DNA of 64,000 nucleotides from a virus (lineage: Duplodnaviria; Caudoviricetes), in the IMG/VR virus record IMGVR_UViG_3300020577_011395, positions 65,046-129,045 of that record; one strand, 5' to 3'. Under the pieces are notes generated by a model. That model was not told where the DNA came from and did not search any database. It saw only the letters and a list, made by a program, of their open reading frames with translations. Both the position numbers and the translations under genes were made by a program. Below, in pieces: positions 30,659-40,962 of this stretch; position 1 is the first letter of the stretch, and each line of letters begins with the position of its first letter.

Positions 30659-31501
30659 ATGTCTTTTTTTGATAGCAAGGAAGAAGTTTTAGAAGTGGAG
30701 TTAACTCCATATGGTAAGCATTTGTTATCTAAAGGCTTATTCAAGCCTTCATTTTATTCTTTTCACGATGATGGAATAATCTATGATGTTGAATATGCAC
30801 AAAGTCCTAGCGAGATACAATTTTCTTCTTCTACAAGAATAATGGAAGAAACGCCGTATTTAAAGACTATAACAAGAAATACATCTGTTGATAAAACTAT
30901 AAAATCTTTAAAGCCGTCAAATTATAAATCAGATGTTTCACCTATGACAAATTTGCTTGGTGACTCATCAATTCTAACTGATTATAAACCAGCCTGGGAT
31001 GTTATAATTCTAAAAGGCGAAGCTGATCGCTATGAACAAACATATACAGGGTCAAATGTTAGAATGGATATTCCACAAATACATGCAAAATCAATAAATT
31101 ATGAAACAAAAGTAAGCAATGATGGTCGTGGCGATATTACTTTTGAAGATGGACGTTCAATAAATATTGAAAATAACTACTTATTGTTAGACATTTCAGA
31201 AATAAATGTTGATCAGGCAGGCGATTTATTTGAAATAGAAGTTTTTGAAGTTAAACAAGACACAGATGGTACACAATTTTTAGAACAGATACCATTTAAA
31301 AAAGAAAAACAATATATTAAAAACAACATTCTACTTGACGAAGAACAAGTAGAAGAAGTGCCACAAAATATGCAAGAAATAACTACTGATACTTACTTTA
31401 ACTTATTGGTTGATGATGAAATTGACCTGCAAGAAACAACAAAGGATCTAACAGTAGCAACTAGAAAGAAAGTTAAGCCACCATTCGGAGAGGTTTGCTA
31501 A
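30659..31501 (+). CDS. Putative virion (baseplate/tail-collar) protein
   Basis: N-terminal LTPYGKHLLSKG..F.DD..Y motif shared with 36523..37458. Confidence 0.55.
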   Translation: MSFFDSKEEVLEVELTPYGKHLLSKGLFKPSFYSFHDDGIIYDVEYAQSPSEIQFSSSTRIMEETPYLKTITRNTSVDKTIKSLKPSNYKSDVSPMTNLLGDSSILTDYKPAWDVIILKGEADRYEQTYTGSNVRMDIPQIHAKSINYETKVSNDGRGDITFEDGRSINIENNYLLLDISEINVDQAGDLFEIEVFEVKQDTDGTQFLEQIPFKKEKQYIKNNILLDEEQVEEVPQNMQEITTDTYFNLLVDDEIDLQETTKDLTVATRKKVKPPFGEVC

Positions 31502-31504
31502 AAA

Positions 31505-34288
31505 ATGAGCTTTCAATCATTATTAAAAGATCTTACAACTGCAGACCTTCCTAAACTTAATTTTACTGGGGCTGTTATAACCAAGAAGAATAGCGAACAA
31601 TTAAAAATTGATATTTCTTTAGGGCTTTTAGAAAATATTGATACGCTCCAGAATACTGGGTTACTAAGCGGCGATGAGATTGTAAACAAGTACTTAAAGT
31701 TTAAGGTATTTTTTATAAAGTCAGAAGTTCAAGGCACAGAAATAGCTGATAAGCTGGAAAAATACGTGTTTTTAGATAGTATCAATGACACAACAATTAC
31801 ATTTGAGAACTTTAAAAATACTGGCATCATTAGAGATGGAAAAAATCTTTTCAATACTAGGCTAGAAAAGACAATAAGCGGTAAACAAATAACAGATGTG
31901 CCATATTTTAGCATCTTATTAGTTCCATTTTATGACAAATCTTCTATTTCGAGAGACTTCAGCATAGATCTCACAAATGCAGATGGCATAGAAAAATACT
32001 TTATCGGTGAACCACAACTTTTCTCAATTATAAACAACGGACAATTAAGTAAAAATGTTCTTGAACTCAGTGTTCTTGAGTCTGTAAAAGAACTGCTGTT
32101 CTCAGACTTAAAACCTATTGCGGCTAAAGCAGATTATTTTTCAGATATCTTTGCGACATATGATAACAACCTTTATCATAACGTTAAATTAGAAAACAAA
32201 CAATATGTTGGTGGCAGTAATATAGTAAGATTCGGCTTTTTCTTTGATTTAGCAAGATATATGAGAGAAAATGCCGTCTTTGGAACTCTAATAACCTCTC
32301 TTGATGAAAAGGTTAAGACTGATTTTCTAACTAATTCTAAAATTATAAATGCAACTTTGTTTAGAAAGAACCATAAAAAAGATGTTTATGGGGATGAAGA
32401 CTATAAAGTAGTACTAAACAATATATCTCAAACCCCTGGCGATTCCTTATTAGCCGAACAGCGCATAGAAGATTTACCAAACTTGCTATTTTTCACAGGA
32501 ATTGACACTGATATTAATAACTACACAAATGGTCAGTTCAAATATGGGATAGAACTAGAAATTTCAGACCCGTCTATTGATATCTTAGAAACAATAAAAA
32601 GAAAACTATCAAAGGCAACACATCTTCTTAATTCTTATCTAGTGTTGATAAATAAGCCAAGTATTTCTACAATTAATGAATTTGATACTAACCAGCATAT
32701 AGATACTTCTAGAGAAAATATAATAGGAAAAGTTTCCAAAGGTTTTTATGATAGTTCAATAGATAAGGTGTCTATTGCGGCCTACGAAAAGATACGCGAA
32801 GCTGGGTTAGAAGAGATTTCAGATTATTTTGTTAAAATATATTCGTTATTCTTGGAAGGCCAGCCGCCAATTGTTCCTCTAGAATCGTTGAAGAGTCTTA
32901 TAGAATTGTCATTAAAACCACCTACTGCTAGTAAGGATAGTATAAAAGTAGTAATTGGTCTTATCGACCAGTTGTATGCAAGGGTTTCTTTTATCCTAGA
33001 CTCTGTTTCCACAGACGAAACAAAAAGACAGCTTACAAGCGGACAAGTATCTAGTACGGATCAACTTAGCAGAACTCCAAATTTTAAAAAGCTATTAAAA
33101 ATAACAAATACTTTTAATAATTTTATTGCGGATGCATCTGTTTCAGATGGATTTGGATTAAACTGCTTTGATAGGGGTCAAGAAACAACTTATACGCTTG
33201 AAAGCTTTACACTATCAGACGAAGACTTTAAGAATCCAAATAAGAATTTAAAAAATATTACATACCGTGGTAAAAATAGAGAACCACTTACGATAGATAT
33301 ACAAGGATTAGAGATTAAAGAAAACCCAACAGTAGAGTATTCAGCGTTTTCATCTATAGATTTTCTATTAAATCTATATGGCAAACCACAGTTTGAAACA
33401 GTTTTAAGCAATTTCTTTAAAGAAAATATTATTAGTCAACAATATCAGACTTATTTTAGATTAGGATCCGTTGGAAGTGTTTTAGAAAACGTAAACGTTA
33501 CTGCTTTCACATCTATTGGCAAGTTTTTTGAAAAGGGGTTAAACACTACTGGCCAATCAAGCAACCTTGATACGGCCGCTAGAGAAAGATTGAACACTGC
33601 TGTTTCTATGGTCGATTCTCTCTTGCTTGAGAAATTAGCCGTTGGCATCATAAACAATGGTAGAATAACAAATAACAAAACAATCTTCCAAAATAAAATG
33701 GATTTTTATAAGACCGATGCAGAAAGCCCAGTTTCAAAAACTGTAGGTATAGAAGAGTTTTATGATGCTAAATTAGCAAAAATGTCAAAGTTTAAGTTAA
33801 AACATGAAACTATTTTTGGTATATTTAAGATAGATTTTTCTAAAGACGATAATGGGCATTATCTTTTAAAGCAGCCTATCTATACAAAGATAAATGAAAG
33901 CGATAAATCAAAACATTTGTGTACTTTAATACCATATACTTCACCAAAGGCGCTCCTATCAAAGCCAAATTATGACAATATACCTGTTCATAACAAGGTA
34001 TTTTTGCTTGAATATTCAGCAACACCAGCAACAACTCAACAAGCTAATGTTCTACAAGGAAGTATTGACTTAACTGCGGCTGACGATCTTTTATTATTAA
34101 AGCCGAATAATACACTAGCAGGTAATATTGATACAGCTGCTGCAGATGAACTACTTGTCCTAAAGCCAGATGTGATGGTAATGAATTCTGAAAGGGCTAT
34201 GCTAAAAGACGAAAACGTTGGCCAAAAGATTAATTTACGCTCTAATAAAGCCGTTATTATAACAAAAAAGATTTCTAAAAAAGCTTAA
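31505..34288 (+). CDS. Hypothetical virion protein (927 aa)
   Basis: Long ORF within the tail module. Confidence 0.6.
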   Translation: MSFQSLLKDLTTADLPKLNFTGAVITKKNSEQLKIDISLGLLENIDTLQNTGLLSGDEIVNKYLKFKVFFIKSEVQGTEIADKLEKYVFLDSINDTTITFENFKNTGIIRDGKNLFNTRLEKTISGKQITDVPYFSILLVPFYDKSSISRDFSIDLTNADGIEKYFIGEPQLFSIINNGQLSKNVLELSVLESVKELLFSDLKPIAAKADYFSDIFATYDNNLYHNVKLENKQYVGGSNIVRFGFFFDLARYMRENAVFGTLITSLDEKVKTDFLTNSKIINATLFRKNHKKDVYGDEDYKVVLNNISQTPGDSLLAEQRIEDLPNLLFFTGIDTDINNYTNGQFKYGIELEISDPSIDILETIKRKLSKATHLLNSYLVLINKPSISTINEFDTNQHIDTSRENIIGKVSKGFYDSSIDKVSIAAYEKIREAGLEEISDYFVKIYSLFLEGQPPIVPLESLKSLIELSLKPPTASKDSIKVVIGLIDQLYARVSFILDSVSTDETKRQLTSGQVSSTDQLSRTPNFKKLLKITNTFNNFIADASVSDGFGLNCFDRGQETTYTLESFTLSDEDFKNPNKNLKNITYRGKNREPLTIDIQGLEIKENPTVEYSAFSSIDFLLNLYGKPQFETVLSNFFKENIISQQYQTYFRLGSVGSVLENVNVTAFTSIGKFFEKGLNTTGQSSNLDTAARERLNTAVSMVDSLLLEKLAVGIINNGRITNNKTIFQNKMDFYKTDAESPVSKTVGIEEFYDAKLAKMSKFKLKHETIFGIFKIDFSKDDNGHYLLKQPIYTKINESDKSKHLCTLIPYTSPKALLSKPNYDNIPVHNKVFLLEYSATPATTQQANVLQGSIDLTAADDLLLLKPNNTLAGNIDTAAADELLVLKPDVMVMNSERAMLKDENVGQKINLRSNKAVIITKKISKKA
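34058..34171 (+). repeat. Degenerate 63-nt (21-aa) tandem duplication near the C-terminus
   Basis: GSIDLTAADDLLLLKPN versus GNIDTAAADELLVLKPD, units starting at 34058 and 34121. Confidence 0.8.
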
Positions 34289-34308
34289 ACCAAATAGGAT
34301 ACTAGAAT

Positions 34309-36486
34309 ATGAAAAAAGCTGGAAATTCCAAATTATTTTTTACTAGAACAGAAGATGAATATCGTATTTCTAAAGATAATTTTTGGAAGTCAACAGCAGA
34401 TTCTGTAAAAATAAACACAGAAAAAATAAAAAACAATATTGTTTTCAATGAAGAAGACAAACACTATTATATAATTTTAGACAGCCAAGCAGAAGCAGAT
34501 AGCCTGACCAAAAATCAAGAAAAGAAATATGTAGATTTTTCATTTATGGTATATCCTCCGTATAAAGTTAATCAGAATAACGTTGAATTTTTAAATAATT
34601 TATCATTAGCATCTAAATTAGAAGGTAATAACAAAATAAATTTCTTTAATAAAGACTATAATGAATTTTCAAAGAAAGAAAATATCAAAGAAGAAAATTT
34701 GCTAAACTATTATATTGCAGCTAGTAAAGACGTAAAAAATAATGAAGACATAGAAAAATTAACAACAAATGGTTATAGAATAGATGACTTTCTATTCCAT
34801 AATTTTGGAATAGAAAAATACTTTAAAGATTATTCATCTACATATGAATTATGGAAGAGTGAATACGAAAAATATTATAGTAATAAATTAAAGAAATTGG
34901 TCTTCAATCCAGATAAGCTTCCTTCTAATAATGAATCATCATTATTCCCTAACACATTTACACTGTTGTTCAACAAAGAGACCACTGGCCAGGTATTAGA
35001 TGCTGTTAACGAAACTAAAATGGATAGAAATCTTTTATTTGTATTATCAAAACAACTTCAAAAACAACTAAATCTAAGAACTTTTAGTACAAACTTTATA
35101 AATTCGTCTCTTGATAAGAACAGCGTCAAAAAAATTAATTCTCAAGAGGATTTAAAATACTTTGATTTTTCAGAGTGGGTAAAGTCTAACACAGTTGACA
35201 GCCAAGAAAAAGCTCTAAATTATTTTGATTTTTCTAATAACGAAGCTCTTTTAATTGGTTCAAATGAGCAGGTTGGAGAGAGCAAACAACAAACACAATT
35301 TCTATCAAGTCTGCTTTCTAGAGTATTAGCGGCGAAGGCTCAGACTATTATCAATAATAATCTTAGAAACTACAAAGAAGTTACAGAAGCCAAGTCCTGC
35401 TATTCAGAAGTTCTTGGTATCAAGATAGAAAAGTTTAAAGAAAATAGCGGATTGATACAAACTTATATTATACAAAACACAAAAGAAGATATACTGTCTT
35501 TTGTAGACTCACAAATTATAGAAAATAAAGTATATACATACAAAGTATCTTACCTGACTTTAGTTGTTGGCAATGAGTATTCATACGAACCAGTAGAGGT
35601 AGTAAGACTTGGCAGAAATTTTGATTCAAATACTAAGCAATTAACTGCGTCTAATTTCTCTAAACTAAAAGTTATAAATACTCCAAAAGTATTGGTATTC
35701 GACATACCACTAACTTCGGAAGTGTTTAGCAACACAGTTACGCTTACAACTAAGGTTGTAACACCTCCTGTTGCACCAATAATTACTCCAATACCATTTA
35801 AAGACTCAAAGAGCAAAATAAAGTTTAATTTTCAGCGAGCAGTAGACAAATATAGTGATACGTTCTATATCTTAGAAAGTGAAGACGAACAGATTTATAA
35901 AAATCTATTAATTCTGCAAGATAAAACGGATGGGCAAGAAATTGTTTTTGGTGAATCCTTCCCTGGACAAGAGCTTCTAGAGGAAAAATATGAAATCTTT
36001 AAAATTGATAAGCTTCCAAAAAGCATTTTAGATTTTAAAGATAATAAACTGATAACAATAAATTCTACTTCTTTTCTAGATACTTTGGAATTTAATAAAA
36101 AAACATATTATCTATTCCGAAGTGTTGGTCCAACTGGTCTAAAAAGCAATGTAACCTCTATATATGAAATAGAAATAATTTTTAATAGTGGAATTGTTTA
36201 TCCAGTTATAAAGACGCTAGTAATCGAAGAAAAAACTGGCCTGATAAAGGAAAAAGTCTTAAAAAAGTACCTTTATTTAAGCCCTGCTTATCAACAAACT
36301 CTTTTAGATCAATCAGAACAACAAACTGCAGAAAATCCAAAGTTTGGAGTTGGTCCAAAAGTATGGGATAAAGCGTTTAAGATTCGCGTTACTTCTAAAA
36401 AAACTGGAAGAAAAATAGATGTTAATTTTACAATGAAAATAGGTTCTAAAGAAACACTAAATAGTCTAAGTGGAAAAGAAAAGTAA
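34309..36486 (+). CDS. Hypothetical virion protein with FN3-like segments
   Basis: FVDSQIIENKVYTYKV and FLDTLEFNKKTYYLFRSV resemble FN3 D....G..Y.Y.V strands. Confidence 0.55.
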   Translation: MKKAGNSKLFFTRTEDEYRISKDNFWKSTADSVKINTEKIKNNIVFNEEDKHYYIILDSQAEADSLTKNQEKKYVDFSFMVYPPYKVNQNNVEFLNNLSLASKLEGNNKINFFNKDYNEFSKKENIKEENLLNYYIAASKDVKNNEDIEKLTTNGYRIDDFLFHNFGIEKYFKDYSSTYELWKSEYEKYYSNKLKKLVFNPDKLPSNNESSLFPNTFTLLFNKETTGQVLDAVNETKMDRNLLFVLSKQLQKQLNLRTFSTNFINSSLDKNSVKKINSQEDLKYFDFSEWVKSNTVDSQEKALNYFDFSNNEALLIGSNEQVGESKQQTQFLSSLLSRVLAAKAQTIINNNLRNYKEVTEAKSCYSEVLGIKIEKFKENSGLIQTYIIQNTKEDILSFVDSQIIENKVYTYKVSYLTLVVGNEYSYEPVEVVRLGRNFDSNTKQLTASNFSKLKVINTPKVLVFDIPLTSEVFSNTVTLTTKVVTPPVAPIITPIPFKDSKSKIKFNFQRAVDKYSDTFYILESEDEQIYKNLLILQDKTDGQEIVFGESFPGQELLEEKYEIFKIDKLPKSILDFKDNKLITINSTSFLDTLEFNKKTYYLFRSVGPTGLKSNVTSIYEIEIIFNSGIVYPVIKTLVIEEKTGLIKEKVLKKYLYLSPAYQQTLLDQSEQQTAENPKFGVGPKVWDKAFKIRVTSKKTGRKIDVNFTMKIGSKETLNSLSGKEK

Positions 36487-36488
36487 AT

Positions 36489-36498
36489 ACTAGTTATA
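36489..36498 (+). promoter_or_regulatory. Putative late promoter ACTAGTTATA
   Basis: Intergenic, 24 nt before ATG 36523. Confidence 0.55.
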
Positions 36499-36522
36499 TT
36501 ATGAAAAAAGAGGATAACAAAA

Positions 36523-37458
36523 ATGGCATTTTTAGATAACAGCGGTGACATCGTACTAGATGCGGTTCTAACCGACGCAGGAAGACAAAGATTAGCAAGA
36601 GGAGATGGCAGCTTTAAAGTTGTTCAATTCGCCCTTGGTGATGATGAAATAAATTATGGACTATATAGTGGCAGCCATCCAAGCGGCAGTGCATATTATG
36701 ATTTAAATATTCTGCAAACACCAGTTTTGGAAGCATTTACTAACAATATTGCCTCCTTGAACAGCAAACTTCTTACTATACCAAGAAATAATCTATTATT
36801 TTTGCCTGTTGTTAAGCTTAAATCCCCAACTTTTAACTCTGCTACAGCTACCACATTAGCAAATTCTTTTGCAATATTGGTAGACAAAGAAACAGAGACT
36901 GCTTTTAGTGACGCTGGCATCGTTAACTCCACAGATGGGTTAATTTATGGTTATAGCATAAATGATTCTGATGAAATTGAGCTGCATCAAGGTCTTGACA
37001 CAACAGCAATAAATCGCTCATTTGATATAGATCAAGACTTGAAAGAAACACAATATGTAGTTGAGTTAGATAATAGACTTGGCACGATAATTGCGCGTGG
37101 CAGCACAAGCGACTCAGTTAAAGAAGCATCTAAATCATTTGTTGATGATGACAATATTGCTCAATACTATTTCTCACTAGCAACCGATCCAGAGTTTGTT
37201 AAAGATTCTTCACAAATTAAGAACTTAAACAGTGATGGCGAAAGAGACACAATTGCTGGTCCAAAAGGAACTGGTCTTGTATTTTCACTTAGATCATCAT
37301 TAGAAACACAATCAAGCTCTTATTTGTTTACTACTTTTGGGCAACTAGTAACAATTGCTTCTGTACAATATAGAGTTATTAAAAGCTCTTTAACAATAAC
37401 TGGTGCAACTACAGGATATTCAGTCACAGTTCCGCTCACTTTCGTTAAGAAAGTTTAA
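36523..37458 (+). CDS. Putative virion protein (tail-collar-like N-terminus)
   Basis: DAVLTDAGRQRLARG..FKVVQFALGDDEINY; preceded by the promoter motif and GAGGA. Confidence 0.65.
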   Translation: MAFLDNSGDIVLDAVLTDAGRQRLARGDGSFKVVQFALGDDEINYGLYSGSHPSGSAYYDLNILQTPVLEAFTNNIASLNSKLLTIPRNNLLFLPVVKLKSPTFNSATATTLANSFAILVDKETETAFSDAGIVNSTDGLIYGYSINDSDEIELHQGLDTTAINRSFDIDQDLKETQYVVELDNRLGTIIARGSTSDSVKEASKSFVDDDNIAQYYFSLATDPEFVKDSSQIKNLNSDGERDTIAGPKGTGLVFSLRSSLETQSSSYLFTTFGQLVTIASVQYRVIKSSLTITGATTGYSVTVPLTFVKKV

Positions 37459-37480
37459 CAATTAAATAGGGATATAAAAC

Positions 37481-38614
37481 ATGGCTTCAATTTTTAAAAG
37501 ACTTAATTCAGAAGATGTTGCGGTTACTAGAACTCCTTTATACGAAGCAATACCAATAACTGGTACGCTTGTTAGCAGCTCTGTTTATGGGTCTAATAAC
37601 ATCAAATCATACTCACATGGTATGTTTCAAACCGTTTATGACTACCCATATCTAAGCTCGTCAGCAAACTCATTGTTTGATATAACAATTGGACGTTCTA
37701 CTGCCACAGAAACGACTTTTCCTTCTGTAATACAGGCAGCAAAAAAGAAAAATATATATAATCAGATGGCTCAAGTTCTATACGGCTATGATGTTACTTC
37801 TTCTATTAAGAAATTTGATGACAAAACTCAGAGTTTAGTCTCTGGAAGTGGTATTGAGAACGCATTTTTCTTAAGCTTTTCTAGACTTCTAGTCAAAGAT
37901 GAGATCAAAAAAGGTACCTTCCAGATGCAATTGGGTGTTTCAACTGGTTCTACAGACCCATTTCAGACAATTTTAACAATTTCAGATGTGTCTTCCTCAA
38001 CAAATTATTACGTAGATTCGCCAACTGGTGAATATGGCGTGTTAGCAGTAACAGCAGGTGGTGCAAATATTAACTCAAACGATGGAGTTTCATATGATAA
38101 AGCTGGCTTAATCTTCTATCAGGCTGGCGTAGTAGTATTATTATCATCAGTATTTGCTAGAACTGGATCTTTGAACACGCTAGAGAGTAACAGTATCTGG
38201 CAAAATGAAAAAGGTTATGTTGTTCATACGCCTCAGATGTCTGGAACAAACGGTACAAACATGGTTTCTGGTACTGTTCAAGACATATTTGTTAGTGCTT
38301 CAATAGATGGTGCTAGCAATGCTCTAAGAAACCGTGTTAAAAACATAAGTTTCAATAATACAACTGAATTAAACTCTACTATTTATTTTTGCAGAGCTAA
38401 TCACAATGAATTTAACTATTCATCAAATCCAACATATCTGTCGTCTTCACAAATAGTGGTTAAGAACTCATCAGTAGATGCGCCAGTTTCTTATATAACT
38501 ACTGTTGGTTTATACTCTGTTGACAATGAACTTTTAGCTGTTGCCAAAGTCTCAGAACCGCTTAAAAAAACACCAGATGATTCTATGATTTTAAGAGTTA
38601 GATTGGACGTATAA
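37481..38614 (+). CDS. Putative virion protein (tail-collar-like C-terminus)
   Basis: C-terminal YITTVGLY...NELLAVAK.SEP.KK....RVRLD. Confidence 0.65.
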   Translation: MASIFKRLNSEDVAVTRTPLYEAIPITGTLVSSSVYGSNNIKSYSHGMFQTVYDYPYLSSSANSLFDITIGRSTATETTFPSVIQAAKKKNIYNQMAQVLYGYDVTSSIKKFDDKTQSLVSGSGIENAFFLSFSRLLVKDEIKKGTFQMQLGVSTGSTDPFQTILTISDVSSSTNYYVDSPTGEYGVLAVTAGGANINSNDGVSYDKAGLIFYQAGVVVLLSSVFARTGSLNTLESNSIWQNEKGYVVHTPQMSGTNGTNMVSGTVQDIFVSASIDGASNALRNRVKNISFNNTTELNSTIYFCRANHNEFNYSSNPTYLSSSQIVVKNSSVDAPVSYITTVGLYSVDNELLAVAKVSEPLKKTPDDSMILRVRLDV

Positions 38615-38615
38615 A

Positions 38616-38855
38616 ATGGCTATTAAAGAATTTGAAGAGAATGATATATTTTTTAATATTATGAAAACAAAGCCACATAATAAATTTTCCATTTTTAATG
38701 GCAGCATTTATTATAAAGCAGAATTTTCTAATGAAGTTGAAGCTGGTTTTACAGCCTTAAATGATTTAAATCTAGGAATAACAGTTAGTTCCGGCTGTAC
38801 CAATACAATGAACTTTAGCGAAGAGTGCGCTACACAATATATACCACTAGTATAA
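38616..38855 (+). CDS. Hypothetical protein
   Basis: Short ORF tightly packed in the operon. Confidence 0.6.
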   Translation: MAIKEFEENDIFFNIMKTKPHNKFSIFNGSIYYKAEFSNEVEAGFTALNDLNLGITVSSGCTNTMNFSEECATQYIPLV

Positions 38856-38865
38856 TGTATACAAT

Positions 38866-39867
38866 ATGTCAAACTATTATAGATATATCGTTAAAGGGGC
38901 TGAAAGAGAAAGCTTCAGTACAGTAAACGTATCACAGTCTAGTGTCGATGCTTATGGAACAGTTTATACAAAAAATTATCCACTAACATCTTCAATTTCT
39001 GTTCTTTTTTTCCCAGATCAAAGTAATATAGTCTCCAATCAGTATGGCAACCCATCTAGATTAAGATTAAAAACTTTTAAATCGCTTTTAACTAAGTATC
39101 GAAAATATAGTGAGTATTTTCAATACTCTTCTAGTGCAGTTGATTATGATACAAGTGACATTTGTTTAATAAATATACCTTCAATATTTTATGGAAGTTC
39201 TATAGATAAGGGAAGTGTTGAACTTTCAATTTATGCAAATGGAATTCTGCTAGCTAAAGCACAAGATATTTCAAAAAACGGTGAATTAATACAAACAACC
39301 GGCTCCGCTTCTATACAAAATGATAGAAGTGTTGTCGGTACTGTTTTATATGATGAAGGCTTAATAGCACTTTTTGATAGAACACCATTAGCTGGGTATC
39401 AAGAAGATTTTTATGCTTACTCTACTCCGTCAGCTGTGAATGATTATCCAAGATGGTCTAATTATGGACTTTCTGCCAATATTTTAACAGGGTCTGTTCT
39501 AACAACTAGCTGTGATTTGCAATTTGATGGTATAAATAAAATACCACAGTTAACACTTTTAGCACACGCTAATAAAACAGAGCTAAATAATAGTACTAAC
39601 TATACCTATACATCGATTTTAGGCTCATCTTCGCTAACATATAATAGTTCTAGTTATAGATATATTGAAAATCCATCTGTAGAAATAAAAAATGTAGTAA
39701 AAAGTAGATATTTAACCCCTACTGCAAGTTTTGCTAAAGAAACTTATATAACTAAAATACTATTATACGATGAAAACAAAAATATTATTGGAATTGCAAA
39801 AATTGCTAAACCAATAAGAAAGACAGAAGATAGAGACTTTACTTTTAAACTTAAGATTGATTTATAA
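38866..39867 (+). CDS. Putative virion protein, paralog of 37481..38614
   Basis: Shared IDKGS/IKKGT, G.V.YDEG/G.IFYQAG, N.STN.TY/NYSSNPTY and YIT..LYDE...IG.AK..KP..K....K.K.D motifs. Confidence 0.65.
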   Translation: MSNYYRYIVKGAERESFSTVNVSQSSVDAYGTVYTKNYPLTSSISVLFFPDQSNIVSNQYGNPSRLRLKTFKSLLTKYRKYSEYFQYSSSAVDYDTSDICLINIPSIFYGSSIDKGSVELSIYANGILLAKAQDISKNGELIQTTGSASIQNDRSVVGTVLYDEGLIALFDRTPLAGYQEDFYAYSTPSAVNDYPRWSNYGLSANILTGSVLTTSCDLQFDGINKIPQLTLLAHANKTELNNSTNYTYTSILGSSSLTYNSSSYRYIENPSVEIKNVVKSRYLTPTASFAKETYITKILLYDENKNIIGIAKIAKPIRKTEDRDFTFKLKIDL

Positions 39868-39877
39868 ACTAATTATA
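39868..39877 (+). promoter_or_regulatory. Putative late promoter ACTAATTATA
   Basis: Intergenic, 20 nt before ATG 39898. Confidence 0.55.
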
Positions 39878-39897
39878 GAAACATAAGAGGTAATAAT

Positions 39898-40431
39898 ATG
39901 GGAACAAATACATTAATAATTAAAGATGGTAATTCTGTTGCATCTGCGCTATCTATGATTAGTTCAAGCACTGGGCTAATACCTGAGCATTCCATAACTG
40001 GAACAGTTAATACTGTAGTCAGTGGCACTACAAGCGTTTCGCTTGTACCAATTGCAAGTTACACAAATAAAAGAGTAGCATTTCCTAATAATGCAGATCT
40101 AGCTGTTACGTCTGGCTGGATTTATAGCAACAATTCTGGTAGTTTTCTTGCTTGTACTTCTAGTCTGGCTAGAAAGAGCTTAATTATATTTAACAAATCT
40201 TATGATCTTCCTGCTTATATATTGGTTGGTGCGTCTAATACTTCTGGTAGTACCCAATATGGATTTACTATATTGTCAACAGGTTCTTCCCCAGAAACTT
40301 ACAGCTTTATTTTAGAAGCAAGTGGCACATATTTCGGAGATAGTTCCGTAAGCTCTTTAGCACATGCAGTATTTATTCCTTCTGCTTCTTCAGCCATTAA
40401 TTCACAAATAGCAGTAACAGAGGTAATATAA
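39898..40431 (+). CDS. S/T-rich beta-sandwich virion protein
   Basis: RKSLIIFN..YILVG..YSFIL..G.Y pattern; own promoter motif and GAGGT RBS. Confidence 0.6.
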   Translation: MGTNTLIIKDGNSVASALSMISSSTGLIPEHSITGTVNTVVSGTTSVSLVPIASYTNKRVAFPNNADLAVTSGWIYSNNSGSFLACTSSLARKSLIIFNKSYDLPAYILVGASNTSGSTQYGFTILSTGSSPETYSFILEASGTYFGDSSVSSLAHAVFIPSASSAINSQIAVTEVI

Positions 40432-40959
40432 ATGCCTAATATAGTATATCCAAATAGAACTGCACAAGGCTCAATTTATAATAAGGCCCACAATATTTAT
40501 CTTTCTGGTGTTAACGGTGCATCCGAATTTACAATAATTACTGGTTCTTCTACGCCCTATGTTATTAGTTACAACGCAGAAAATCTTTATAAAAATTATT
40601 CTTCACTTATTTGTTTTGTAACCTCTGGGTCAAACAGCCTTCAGAGAACCGCATCTTTAACACTGCCAACGGCTTCTTCTTATATATCAGTTGGAGAACG
40701 ACATTTTCCTGGAACTACTGTTATTAGAAACGATCTTGATTCAACCACACAACTAAAGTTGTCTTCTAGTACTGGCCAGTATTGGTTTGTAACTGGAGGC
40801 ATGCCAAACGATCAAATTCTTGACCCAACCAATAAATCTCAATTCTTTATCATGCCATCTTCTTCTATCGCTGAAATGATTTATTTTGATTTTTTTGATA
40901 CTAGCGGTGGTACAAATTATTGGCTAGTTTTAAGTGTTAATAAAATTGGATCTTTATAA
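40432..40959 (+). CDS. S/T-rich putative tail-associated protein
   Basis: LTLPTAS...W-terminal beta pattern; tightly coupled to the upstream gene. Confidence 0.55.
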   Translation: MPNIVYPNRTAQGSIYNKAHNIYLSGVNGASEFTIITGSSTPYVISYNAENLYKNYSSLICFVTSGSNSLQRTASLTLPTASSYISVGERHFPGTTVIRNDLDSTTQLKLSSSTGQYWFVTGGMPNDQILDPTNKSQFFIMPSSSIAEMIYFDFFDTSGGTNYWLVLSVNKIGSL

Positions 40960-40962
40960 AAT

